DNA of 64,000 nucleotides from Phyllobacteriaceae bacterium. GTDB taxonomy: Bacteria; Pseudomonadota; Alphaproteobacteria; Rhizobiales; Rhizobiaceae. The notes beneath the pieces were generated by a model. The model saw only the letters and a program-made list of their open reading frames with translations. It was not told the origin of the DNA and ran no database searches. The position numbers and the translations under genes were made by a program. The DNA is taken from positions 406 to 64,405 of the forward strand of contig JAYVRA010000051.1 in the NCBI GenBank assembly GCA_043776635.1, in the 5' to 3' direction. Below, piece after piece: positions 1 to 10,252 of the stretch (position 1 is its first letter; the number at the start of each line of letters is the position of its first letter).

Positions 1-405
1 TGGCATTTCAGCGCCGTGGGCGAAACCATGGAAGACTGCAAAAGTTCCGACCAACGCCATCGCGGCAGAGACAGGGAGGTTTTGACCAAAGACGGCCGCT
101 GCACCAATGACAATGATTGACAGGCCAATTCCAAGTTCAACGAAGGGCAGCTCAATGCCGCTCATGCCGAGTGCGCCGCCGACTGCCATCATGCCAACGA
201 ATGCAGCGGGGACCTGCCACAACGCCCGCCCGCCGATAACAAACGCCAAAAAGCCCACTGAAACCATAGCCAATATATGGTCCGCACCCGAAACGGGATG
301 CATAAAACCATGGGCGATGCCGTAAGTTACACCGACGCCAGTATGTGCGAAGGCCACGCTTGGCGCTAAAAAAGCTATTGCCAGTGTTATAAATTTCTTC
401 ATCAT
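1..405 (-). CDS. hupE: HupE/UreJ family Ni/Co transporter (3' end beyond window edge)
   Basis: Not in ORF track because it runs off the window. Minus-strand translation from ATGATG at 405/402: MMKKFITLAIAFLAPSVAFAHTGVGVTYGIAHGFMHPVSGADHILAMVSVGFLAF...VFHGFAHGAEMP. Has a signal peptide plus the HPxSGxDH and FHGxAHG motifs of HupE/UreJ. GGAG lies 4-7 nt upstream. Confidence 0.8.
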   Translation of the reverse strand, partial: MMKKFITLAIAFLAPSVAFAHTGVGVTYGIAHGFMHPVSGADHILAMVSVGFLAFVIGGRALWQVPAAFVGMMAVGGALGMSGIELPFVELGIGLSIIVIGAAAVFGQNLPVSAAMALVGTFAVFHGFAHGAEMP

Positions 406-512
406 TTGTCTCCGGGGCCCACCGCCCCATTATGCGCCTTGGCGCGGTTTCGCTCACTTGGTCGCATTACTTTCAATCATGATGTGTTACACATCACTCG
501 AAAATGCTCCGA

Positions 513-660
513 ACGGCCGGTCTCCTGGCTAAGAACTCTTCGCTGCCTGCCTTCCCGGAAAACCAGTGGCTAGTGTAGGCAACCCATCGTTCATTACAGT
601 CGCGGGGGCGGCACCGGCATTTCACCGGATTCCCGTTTCACCTAAAATTAAAGGAACCGT
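513..660 (-). promoter_or_regulatory. Cobalamin (B12) riboswitch aptamer in the hupE leader
   Basis: Minus strand reads GGTGAAACGGGAATCCGGTGAAATGCCGGTGCCGCCCCCGCGACTGTAA...AGCCACTGG (B12 box, plus-strand 563..570)...GGGAAGGC...AGCCAGGAGACCGGCC. This matches the conserved cobalamin riboswitch core. An expression platform continues to ~410. Confidence 0.85.
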
Positions 661-680
661 TGATTTTGTATTGCATTCAC

Positions 681-700
681 TTCATTTGAATTCAAATGAA
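681..700. repeat. Perfect 20-bp palindrome TTCATTTGAATTCAAATGAA upstream of the riboswitch
   Basis: Direct reading: ttcatttgaa|ttcaaatgaa is self-complementary. It lies in the presumed hupE promoter region. Confidence 0.9.
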
Positions 701-814
701 AAGACAACGGCGTTATAATTGCGCCGTAAGTTATTTTGAAAACGCAGATTGGGCAAATGTCGCCACTAGAGCACCGGTCGCCGATATTGAATCGGCGCTT
801 TGCTCCAAGTCCTT

Positions 815-928
815 GTTTTGTCGCATCGTTTTAGCGAAAAACCGCACACACTTTTACGAACGATGCTCTAAGTTTTGTCGCATCGTTTTAGCGAAAAACC
901 GCACACACTTTTACGAACGATGCTCTAA
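815..928. repeat. Two tandem copies of a 57-bp REP-like hairpin unit
   Basis: GTTTTGTCGCATCGTTTTAGCGAAAAACCGCACACACTTTTACGAACGATGCTCTAA occurs at 815..871 and is repeated exactly at 872..928. Each unit carries the inverted repeat GCATCGTT/AACGATGC. A related unit is at 41763..41818. Confidence 0.9.
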
Positions 929-1443
929 TTCGGGTTTGTGAAGCCAACAGGCATTTCAACATCAATTTTGCCTGATTTTTTAAATTCCAGCGTCACTTTT
1001 ACAGTTCCTGCAACCTTGAATGGCACTGTCACCTGCTTGAACATCAAATGCAGGCCTCCTGGAAATAGTTCGACTTTCCCACCCGCCGGGATTTCCAAAC
1101 CATCGGTAATTTGACGCATTTTCATGACATTTTCATCCATCGACATCTGATGAATTTCAACAAGAGCAGCATTATCCGAGGTCATTGCGGTGAGCCTGTC
1201 AGGCTCGTTTCCAGTATTTTCAATTGTCATATAGCCACCACCTGTGGGCTGGCCCGGCAGCATTGCCCTCGCCCATGCGGACGAGATGATAATATTGTTA
1301 CTCTTGATGCTCTGTTCTGCGGCGTCTGCTTGCACTGGAAGGGTAAATGCCGGGAACAGTAATATTTGAATTATCAAGAATATTCGTGCCAGCCTTCTCC
1401 GGCGAGCGATCCTAGACAGGGAGCTGATGCTATTTGAGTTCAT
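925..1443 (-). CDS. Copper chaperone PCu(A)C (DUF461) family periplasmic protein
   Basis: 172 aa with a signal peptide. H/M-rich copper motifs EIHQMSMDENVMKMR and GGLHLMF are typical of PCuAC. Confidence 0.8.
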   Translation of the reverse strand: MNSNSISSLSRIARRRRLARIFLIIQILLFPAFTLPVQADAAEQSIKSNNIIISSAWARAMLPGQPTGGGYMTIENTGNEPDRLTAMTSDNAALVEIHQMSMDENVMKMRQITDGLEIPAGGKVELFPGGLHLMFKQVTVPFKVAGTVKVTLEFKKSGKIDVEMPVGFTNPN

Positions 1444-1504
1444 GCATAAGTGTTATCCCTATAAACGGAATAAGGAAAGTTGACCTGTCGTCACGGTAAC
1501 GGCG

Positions 1505-1538
1505 TTGTGGGCGCGAAGACATTGTGGGCGCGAAGACA
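1505..1538. repeat. 17-bp exact tandem duplication (TTGTGGGCGCGAAGACA x2)
   Basis: Direct reading of 1505..1521 and 1522..1538, in the intergenic region between the hydroxyacid dehydrogenase stop and the PCuAC start. Confidence 0.9.
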
Positions 1539-1543
1539 TGGCC

Positions 1544-2490
1544 TCAATATTGCTGCTTCAAATCTACTAAATTCGTCAAAGCTTCGCCGCTTTCAAATGC
1601 GGCCATCTGGCGGATGATGGGTTCAATCAACGCATTCGGATCTGACGCCGCCGCGCAATGCGGGGTCAGCGTGACTTTAGGATGCGACCAGAACGGGCTG
1701 GATGTGGGCAGTGGCTCTTGCTGGAATACATCCAACGAAAGTGCACAGAGGCGTCCATCATCAAGCGCATCCAGCAAATCTAGTTCGTTGTGCAAACCGC
1801 CGCGACCGGCGTTGATAATCACAGGAGCGCCGAGCGGGCCGCGCTTCACCATAGCGTCAATCAGCGGCTTGGCGATGATGTTGGCGGTGGCGGGTGTGAG
1901 CGGGAGCAAGCAAACGAGAATGTCCACTTGGGCAAGGAAATCCGGTAAATTTGTTTGGCCCGCAAATGTTTGAATACCCTCTATGTGATGCGCAGTGCGG
2001 CTCCAGCCGGTCACATTAAAGCCAAGCGTATTTAGCTTCTGCGCCGCATCCTTGCCCAGCACGCCGAGGCCTAACATGCCGACTGTGATATCTTTCGCCG
2101 CAGGCTGCGCCCGATCTTCCGCCCATGTTTTTGCCTGCTGCTGGCCACGGTATTTCATGCCCATGCGGTGGTGGTCGAGCACCTGCCAGACCACAAATTC
2201 GCTCATGCGGTTGGTGAGATCATTGGAGACCACGCGCACCACGGGGACGTTTGGAACCTTTGGATCGCGGAACACATGGTCCACGCCAGCGCCCAGTGAG
2301 AAAATCACTTTGAGGTTTGGCAGGCCCGCGAGCGCGCCCTCAGTCTGATTCCAGACGATAGCGTAATTGACGGACGGGTCGGTGACGCCTGCGGGATAAA
2401 TATGCACTTTGCGCTGCGGCGCTGCGGCTTCAAATTTCTGCGCCCAGAGTTCGCTGTCCCAGCCGGGTGCGGCGAAAAAAATATCGCCTC

Positions 2491-2494
<4 letters not shown>
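1544..2494 (-). CDS. D-2-hydroxyacid dehydrogenase (glyoxylate/hydroxypyruvate reductase A-like)
   Basis: 316 aa with an NAD-binding GxGxxG region (VGMLGLGVLG) and a D-isomer-specific 2-hydroxyacid dehydrogenase fold. Its start ATG overlaps the yejF stop (ATGA). Confidence 0.8.
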
Positions 2495-4112
<1,618 letters not shown>

Positions 4113-4116
<4 letters not shown>

Positions 4117-5207
4117 TTAAATGCCTTGCGCGGGTCAAAGGCATCACGCACGGCTTCGCCTATAAAAACCAGTAAAGACAGCATAACAGACATTGTAATG
4201 AACCCTGTAAAGCCTATCCATGGGGCTTGAATATTGTTTTTTCCCTGTTTTAAAAGCTCGCCCATTGACGCTGAGCCGGGAGGCAGACCGAACCCCAGAA
4301 AGTCCAAGGACGTCAATGTTTCAATTGAACCGCTAAGGATAAATGGCAGAAATGTCAGCGTCGCGACCATGGCATTAGGCAACAAATGGCGGCGCATAAT
4401 GGTGCCGTTGCCGACGCCGAGCGCACGGGCGGCGTTGACATATTCGAAGTTTCGGGCGCGCAGGAACTCGGCACGGACAATTCCGACAAAGCTGGACCAG
4501 CGGAATAACATCATGATGCCAAGCAGGATGAGGAACCCCGGCGGCAGTATCGATGCCACAATCATCAGCAAATAAAGAAGAGGCAACGAGGTCCAGATTT
4601 CGATGAAACGCTGCATCAAAAGGTCCGTCCACCCTCCGAAATAGCCTTGCACAGCACCAGCGGTTACACCGATGACTGCCGACCCGAAGGTCAGTAACAG
4701 CCCGAACAGTACCGAGATGCGGAAACCATAAATGACGCGCGCCAACAGATCATGGCCTCCATCATCTGTGCCAAGCCAATTGAAATTGCCGACGCGGCAA
4801 TTGATGTCATCAACGCCTAGCGGGTAGCGCGCACAAAGTGTTTGGCTATCATACATCCAAGACGGTTTTGTTGGCGCGGAACCTGGCATTTCATTATTCA
4901 CGGTTCGGTAGCTGTAGCGGATCGGGGGCCACAGTGCCCAGCCGTTTGCAGTAATTTCATCTTGAATTACAGGGTCACGGAAGTCCGTGACAGCATAAAA
5001 GCCACCGAATTTCTCTTCCGGGTAGTCAATTAAGACCGGTGCTAACAGCTCGCCTTTGTACCACGCAATAATTGGCCGGTCATTTGCGACAAACTCGGCA
5101 AACAAAGAAATGCCGAAAATAACGATGAATAGCCAAAGCGACCAGTAGCCCCGCCTGTTAGACTTGAAGTTTGCCCAGCGGCGCTGATTGATAGGAGACA
5201 AGCTCAT
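4113..5207 (-). CDS. yejE: ABC transporter permease (YejE-type)
   Basis: 364 aa, multi-TM, binding-protein-dependent permease fold. 4-nt overlaps with both neighbours. Confidence 0.85.
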
Positions 5208-6301
5208 ACATCCCTCCGCTCAAAGTCAATGCGCGGGTCAATCCATGTGTAAATCAGATCAGAAATCAGCGACACTACAAGGCCCATGAGTGAAAAAATA
5301 TACAGTGTTCCGAACACAATTGGGTAGTCGTGGTGCAATACGGCTTCAAAACCGAGCAGGCCCAGCCCATCCAGCGAAAAAATATTTTCAATCAAAATGG
5401 ACCCTGTGAAAAACGCATGGATGAAGGCGGCAGGAAAGCCTGCAATCAAAATTAACATGGCATTGCGGAAAACATGGCCATAAAGCACGCGGTTTTCGCT
5501 TAAGCCTTTGGCGCGGGCGGTTACGACATATTGCTTTTTGATTTCATCCAAGAAAGAGTTTTTAGTGAGCAACGTCGTCGTCGCGAACGCGGACATGACC
5601 ATGGCCAGCAGCGGCAGTGTGACATGCCAGGCATAGTCTTTAACCTTACCCCAAGCGGAGAGTTGGTCCCAGTTTTCCGACCACAAACCGCGCAGCGGGA
5701 ACCAATCCCAAAATGAGCCGCCGGCGAATAAAACGATTAGCATGATACCGAACAAAAAGCCCGGAATGGCATACCCGATGATGATGATACCACTGGTCCA
5801 CACGTCGAACCGCGAGCCATCACGCAGTGCTTTGGCGATGCCAAGAGGAATGGAAATCATGTAGGAAATCAGCGTTATCCACAGGCCGAGCGAAATTGAA
5901 ACGGGAAGTTTCTGCCCGATAAGGCTGATAACTGTACCACCTTTGAAGAAGCTTTTGCCAAAATCAAAGTGCGAATAATCCCAAATCATTTTTAAAAAAC
6001 GCTCATGAAGCGGCTTATCGAAGCCGAATTGCACTTCCAGCTGTTTGATGAATTTCGGGTCGAGATTTTGTGCGCCGCGATATTTACCGGCAACTGCGCT
6101 TTCATTGCCAACCTGTTCTTGACCGGCAAAGTCCGAACCGCTGCCGCCGAGCCTGTCACCATTGTTTTTGCCGGATAGATCTGAAATCACTTGCTCAATG
6201 GGCCCACCGGGCGCCATTTGCACAACTACAAAAGTGATCGCCATGATACCTATTAATGTTGGAATCATAAGCAACAAGCGGCGAAGGATGTAAGCACCCA
6301 T
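5204..6301 (-). CDS. yejB: ABC transporter permease (YejB-type)
   Basis: 365 aa, multi-TM, DppB/OppB-like permease in an operon with yejA/E/F. Confidence 0.85.
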   Translation of the reverse strand: MGAYILRRLLLMIPTLIGIMAITFVVVQMAPGGPIEQVISDLSGKNNGDRLGGSGSDFAGQEQVGNESAVAGKYRGAQNLDPKFIKQLEVQFGFDKPLHERFLKMIWDYSHFDFGKSFFKGGTVISLIGQKLPVSISLGLWITLISYMISIPLGIAKALRDGSRFDVWTSGIIIIGYAIPGFLFGIMLIVLFAGGSFWDWFPLRGLWSENWDQLSAWGKVKDYAWHVTLPLLAMVMSAFATTTLLTKNSFLDEIKKQYVVTARAKGLSENRVLYGHVFRNAMLILIAGFPAAFIHAFFTGSILIENIFSLDGLGLLGFEAVLHHDYPIVFGTLYIFSLMGLVVSLISDLIYTWIDPRIDFERRDV

Positions 6302-6431
6302 TAGTGCGTCGCCCTGTTATCAAACCCTGATTTGTCTATAATCAGCAAGAAATCCAAATATAACCCCGGAATTGGCAGTGATTCGCCTCAGTGCATTTGG
6401 AATCCACACGGGCGCATAGTGCAAGAGTTTA

Positions 6432-8282
6432 TTACTTGATGCGGTCAGCTTTTGCTTGATCAAACCACCAGATTGCCGGAAAACCGAAACTATATTTGGG
6501 CAGTGGCGAGGGACGCGCAAACCGATCCCAATAAACATAGCGGTCCACCTTCGAATACCATTGTGGAATTACAAAATTATTGGCGAGCAACACACGGTCC
6601 AGCGCATGGGTGGCTGCAACAAGCGTGCCGCGATCGGCGGCAAAAATCACTTTGTCGATCAGCTTATCGATGCCGGAATTTTTTATGCCTGCATAATTTT
6701 TTGATCCTTCGCGGCCAGCAGAGACGCTGCCCCAATACTCGCGTTGCTCATTGCCCGGCGAAAGCGACTCGCCCCAAGCAATACCGATCATGTCATAGTC
6801 GAACTTGCGCACCCGCTCTTGATAAGCAGAGGTATCCAAAATTCGGTAGTTCAGCCTAATGCCTATTCTCTCCAAACTTTGGGCATAGGGACCGACGTAG
6901 CGGGTTCCGATTTCAGAATAGTCCAGATATTCAATGGCGAATGGCTCACCGGTCTTGTCATTGATTAGTTTGCCATCTTTCAGTGACCAACCCGCTTGCT
7001 TCAACAGGCTGATCGCCTCGCGGTAGTTTGCTCGCATTTTGGTAAGGTCGCCGCCGATGGGATTTCTATAGGATACAGTGAAAACTTCAGGGGGAATATC
7101 GGCTTTGAGTTCATTCAATATGTCCAATTCTTTGCCTGCTGGAATGCCGGATGAGGCCAATTCGGTACCTGCAAAATAACTGGCTATACGCTCATAAAGA
7201 CCGAAAAACACATTGCGATTGGTGGTTTCAAAGTCGAACGCCAGGTTCAAAGCGCGGCGCACACGCGGGTCTTTGAACTTATCGCGGCGCAAATTTGGTA
7301 CAAAGGCTTGCATTTTTCCTGTTGCTGAACTTGGAAACTCCTCCTTGATTACAAAGCCTTTTTCCAACGCCGGAAGGGCGGTATAGCCCGTTGACCAATT
7401 TTTTGATGAGCGCTCAAAACGATAATCAAACGCATCGGACTTGAAGGCTTCCATCATGACGACTTCATCGCCATATAAATCATAGCGCAGTACATCAAAA
7501 TTATTGGTGCCTATATCTGTGTTCAAATCTTTCGCCCAATAATCCGGCACGCGGTTATATTCGACATAGCGGCCGAGCTCGAATTTACCGATTTTATAGG
7601 CGCCGGAGCCCAGTGGTGGCTCGGTTGTCGGTTCGGCAATATTGCGCTGAATGCCATTGGCGTCTTTGCCTTCCCACCAATGTTTGGCAAATACCGGCAT
7701 TTGCCCCATAATATGTGGTAATTCGCGGTTGCCTTTAACGTCAAAGGTGAATGTCACCTCGCCAGTCCCGGATGCTTCCGCTTTGATAACATTGGCGAAA
7801 TAGAAAGCATATTGCGGATTTATCTCTTTGAGCCTGTTGAAACTCCAGATGACGTCGTCAACGGTCAGAGGCTCGCCGTCATGCCATTTGGCCTTTGGAT
7901 TGAGCCGGAAACTGACGCTGGAAAAATCGTCCGGATATTTAGTCGCCTCAGCTAAAAGCCCGTATTGGCTGGAAATATCCTGTTCATCAAGCGATGGTGT
8001 CATCAAGGTTTGATAAATATTGGACAAAAACGGCGCAGCTTCGCCTTTGATTATCTGGTCGTTAAACGAGTCGAAGCTGCCAGCCACACCTTGGCGCACT
8101 GTGCCGCCTTTGGACGCGTGCGGGTTCACATAGGGAAAATTGGCAAAGTTTTGAGTGAGGCGCGGCGTGCCGGTGAGCGCCGAACCATTGGTCCAATCGA
8201 CAGCCAGGGCACTGCCGCACATCACTAAATTCAACAAAAGTGAGGACAAAAAAAATGTCGTCCGGAGGTATTTTTTTTTCAA
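6432..8282 (-). CDS. yejA: Extracellular solute-binding protein family 5 (YejA-type)
   Basis: The ORF is open back to 8447. A TTG at 8282 preceded by AGGTGA gives a classical signal peptide, MKKKYLRTTFFLSSLLLNLVMCGSALA/VDW. The body resembles peptide/microcin-type SBPs. Confidence 0.8.
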   Translation of the reverse strand: MKKKYLRTTFFLSSLLLNLVMCGSALAVDWTNGSALTGTPRLTQNFANFPYVNPHASKGGTVRQGVAGSFDSFNDQIIKGEAAPFLSNIYQTLMTPSLDEQDISSQYGLLAEATKYPDDFSSVSFRLNPKAKWHDGEPLTVDDVIWSFNRLKEINPQYAFYFANVIKAEASGTGEVTFTFDVKGNRELPHIMGQMPVFAKHWWEGKDANGIQRNIAEPTTEPPLGSGAYKIGKFELGRYVEYNRVPDYWAKDLNTDIGTNNFDVLRYDLYGDEVVMMEAFKSDAFDYRFERSSKNWSTGYTALPALEKGFVIKEEFPSSATGKMQAFVPNLRRDKFKDPRVRRALNLAFDFETTNRNVFFGLYERIASYFAGTELASSGIPAGKELDILNELKADIPPEVFTVSYRNPIGGDLTKMRANYREAISLLKQAGWSLKDGKLINDKTGEPFAIEYLDYSEIGTRYVGPYAQSLERIGIRLNYRILDTSAYQERVRKFDYDMIGIAWGESLSPGNEQREYWGSVSAGREGSKNYAGIKNSGIDKLIDKVIFAADRGTLVAATHALDRVLLANNFVIPQWYSKVDRYVYWDRFARPSPLPKYSFGFPAIWWFDQAKADRIK

Positions 8283-8416
8283 TTTTTCACCTGCATTATG
8301 CGATACGCAACTGATCGGGAAACGTATAGAAGCGATATGGCAGCGATGCGCAAACCGCCCAAGCGCAACATGGAAGGCGATCGAGGCAAGCGCAAGACTT
8401 ACGTTTATTTTTTGGC

Positions 8417-8442
8417 AATAAAAAAGGCCGGAAAACCGGCCT
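8417..8442 (-). terminator. Intrinsic terminator after cycM
   Basis: Minus strand reads AGGCCGG-TTTT-CCGGCCT followed by TTTTTATT. Confidence 0.75.
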
Positions 8443-8469
8443 CCCAAAATTTATATCATCATCCATAAA

Positions 8470-9015
8470 TCACGGCAGTGGAACCGGGCTGTCTGAAAGC
8501 GTCCGCAGGTAGGCCAAAAGATTGGCGCGGTCTTCAGCTTTTGGCAAACCCGCAAAGCCCATCGCGGTGCCTTTAATATAAGCCTTTGGCTTGGTAACGA
8601 AGGTCGATAGACTTTCGAAATCCCAAGGCTTGCCTGTGGCAAATTCTTTGATTGCAGCGGAGTAGTTAAACCCTTCGTGTGCGGCCATAGGACGGCCGAC
8701 AATACCCCAAAGATTTGGACCAACCTTGTTAGCGCCGCCTTTATCACCCGAATGGCACGCACCGCACTTCTTGAAAACTGTCTCGCCAATGGCGGGATCA
8801 GCCTTTGCCAACAATGGTCCAATTGGCTCGATAGCGGCAGGCGCCGCAGCGGCCCCGCCGGCAGGCGCGTCGCCTTCGGCAGCCATCAAAGCATAACCCG
8901 GCTTCTCAGGAGCTTCTTTACTAAACAATGCGTCTGACATCAGCCCAACGGAAAATACAAAAAAGACTGTGCCTAATAATGCGCCAGCCATTTTATTGAG
9001 CTCAAATGAATCCAT
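8470..9015 (-). CDS. cycM: Membrane-anchored cytochrome c (CycM-like)
   Basis: Heme motif CGACHS and an N-terminal TM anchor (AGALLGTVFFVFSVGLM). Start taken at internal ATG 9015 (MDSFELNK...). The ORF is open to 9063. Confidence 0.8.
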   Translation of the reverse strand: MDSFELNKMAGALLGTVFFVFSVGLMSDALFSKEAPEKPGYALMAAEGDAPAGGAAAAPAAIEPIGPLLAKADPAIGETVFKKCGACHSGDKGGANKVGPNLWGIVGRPMAAHEGFNYSAAIKEFATGKPWDFESLSTFVTKPKAYIKGTAMGFAGLPKAEDRANLLAYLRTLSDSPVPLP

Positions 9016-9152
9016 TTTTATAAAGTTCCCGCATGATTGCCAAAGGGCAGCAGAATCCTGCACCCGTAAAGTGGGCGGAAACTAAGGCTTTTGCAACGGA
9101 CTTGCAACACCTATAAGCCACTTGTAAGCAGCGACTATTTGACACTCAATGT

Positions 9153-9486
9153 AGGGTCAGGACTTGTTAACTTTGACGAAATAGTCGTGGTGATTTTTGG
9201 TGAGTGCCAAGAGCGAATGCACAGGAAATACTAGCATGTTGCCTGCGGCCTCTTCGAGTGGCAAGCCTTTGCGACTTCAAGCCTTTGCGACTTCAAGCCT
9301 CTGCAAGTTCAAGCCAATGCGACATGGCAATAGCCGGAAAGCGCCCGATTTGGGCACGAACACGCAACTGACCTCAATCTGCGGCGTCAAACAGCTTGAA
9401 AGGGCTTTAGCCCGTGCTGCGCGATTTTCCTTGCATATTTTCGTCATTTGCCTGCAATTTCATCAAAATTAACAGGTCAAGACCCT
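9153..9486. mobile_element. MITE-like non-autonomous element, full copy 1 (334 bp)
   Basis: Terminal inverted repeats AGGGTCAGGACTTGTTAACTTTGACGAAAT ... ATTTCATCAAAATTAACAGGTCAAGACCCT. Internal 16-bp x4 array at 9262..9325. A second full copy is at 41844..42198. No reading frame is conserved between copies. Confidence 0.7.
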
Positions 9487-9505
9487 CGTGAATACGGCGA
9501 AATCC

Positions 9506-10252
9506 ATGAATATAGTCATCCTCATTCCCGCCCGCATGGCCTCCACCCGTCTGCCAAATAAACCGCTGGCAGATATTGGCGGCAAGCCAATGATTGTGCA
9601 CGTGGCGAACCAAGCTGCTCTGGCGAAGATCGGCCGCGTGGTCGTGGCGACCGATAGCGAAAACGTGGCAAGCGCCGTGCTCTTTTCCGGCCATGAAGTG
9701 GTGATGACGCGGATGGACCATCAGTCCGGATCGGACCGGATATTTGAAGCGCTGCAAAAGCTGGACCCGAAAGGGGAGGTTGAATGCGTGGTTAATGTGC
9801 AAGGCGATTTGCCGACGATTGATCCGGTATTGATCGCACGGGCGATATTACCATTGGAGAATCCCGAAGTTGATATCGCCACACTCGCTGCTGAAATCAC
9901 CAGAACAGAAGAGCGCACAAACGAAAATGTGGTAAAGGTGGTCGGCACACATCTCAGCCCGTCGCGACTGCGCGCACTGTATTTCACACGCGCGACTGCC
10001 CCTTGGGGCGATGGCCCGCTTTATCATCACATTGGGCTCTATGCCTATCGCCGCGCCGCGTTGGAGCGGTTTGTCGGGCTGGGCCCGTCGCTGTTGGAAA
10101 CCCGTGAGCGCTTGGAGCAACTGCGCGCTTTGGAAAACGGGATGCGCATTGATGTGGAGATTGTGGATACTGTGCCGCTTGGTGTAGATACGCAGCACGA
10201 TCTGGAACGGGCAAGAGCCATCGTTGCGGCAAAGCTTAAGGAAAAACCATGA
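9506..10252 (+). CDS. kdsB: 3-deoxy-manno-octulosonate cytidylyltransferase
   Basis: [33 protein letters not shown] is a typical KdsB N-terminus. The ORF track starts at GTG 9488; ATG 9506 is preferred. Confidence 0.9.
   Translation: MNIVILIPARMASTRLPNKPLADIGGKPMIVHVANQAALAKIGRVVVATDSENVASAVLFSGHEVVMTRMDHQSGSDRIFEALQKLDPKGEVECVVNVQGDLPTIDPVLIARAILPLENPEVDIATLAAEITRTEERTNENVVKVVGTHLSPSRLRALYFTRATAPWGDGPLYHHIGLYAYRRAALERFVGLGPSLLETRERLEQLRALENGMRIDVEIVDTVPLGVDTQHDLERARAIVAAKLKEKP

Noticed and set aside
815-928. Possible CRISPR array.
   Set aside because: There are only two directly abutting identical units with no spacers, and no cas genes in the window. It is a tandem REP-like repeat, not a CRISPR.
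696-941. 81-aa ORF on the + strand.
   Set aside because: It is merely a translation of the 57-bp tandem REP-like units (the peptide repeats CRIVLAKNRTHFYERCS twice). It has no RBS and no coding signature.
6320-6538. 72-aa ORF spanning the yejA-yejB spacer.
   Set aside because: It overlaps the yejA 3' end in another frame. No motif and no RBS. The 130-bp spacer is more likely an intra-operon UTR.
8283-8447. 55-codon N-terminal extension of yejA suggested by the longest ORF.
   Set aside because: The extension has no signal-peptide character. The TTG at 8282 with AGGTGA gives a textbook signal peptide, and the cycM terminator (8417..8442) lies inside the extension.
9197-9472. 91-aa ORF (MVSAKSE...) inside MITE copy 1, and its counterpart 41888..42184 in copy 2.
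   Set aside because: The two copies share only the first seven residues. Indels between the copies then shift the frame, so there is no selection for a protein product.
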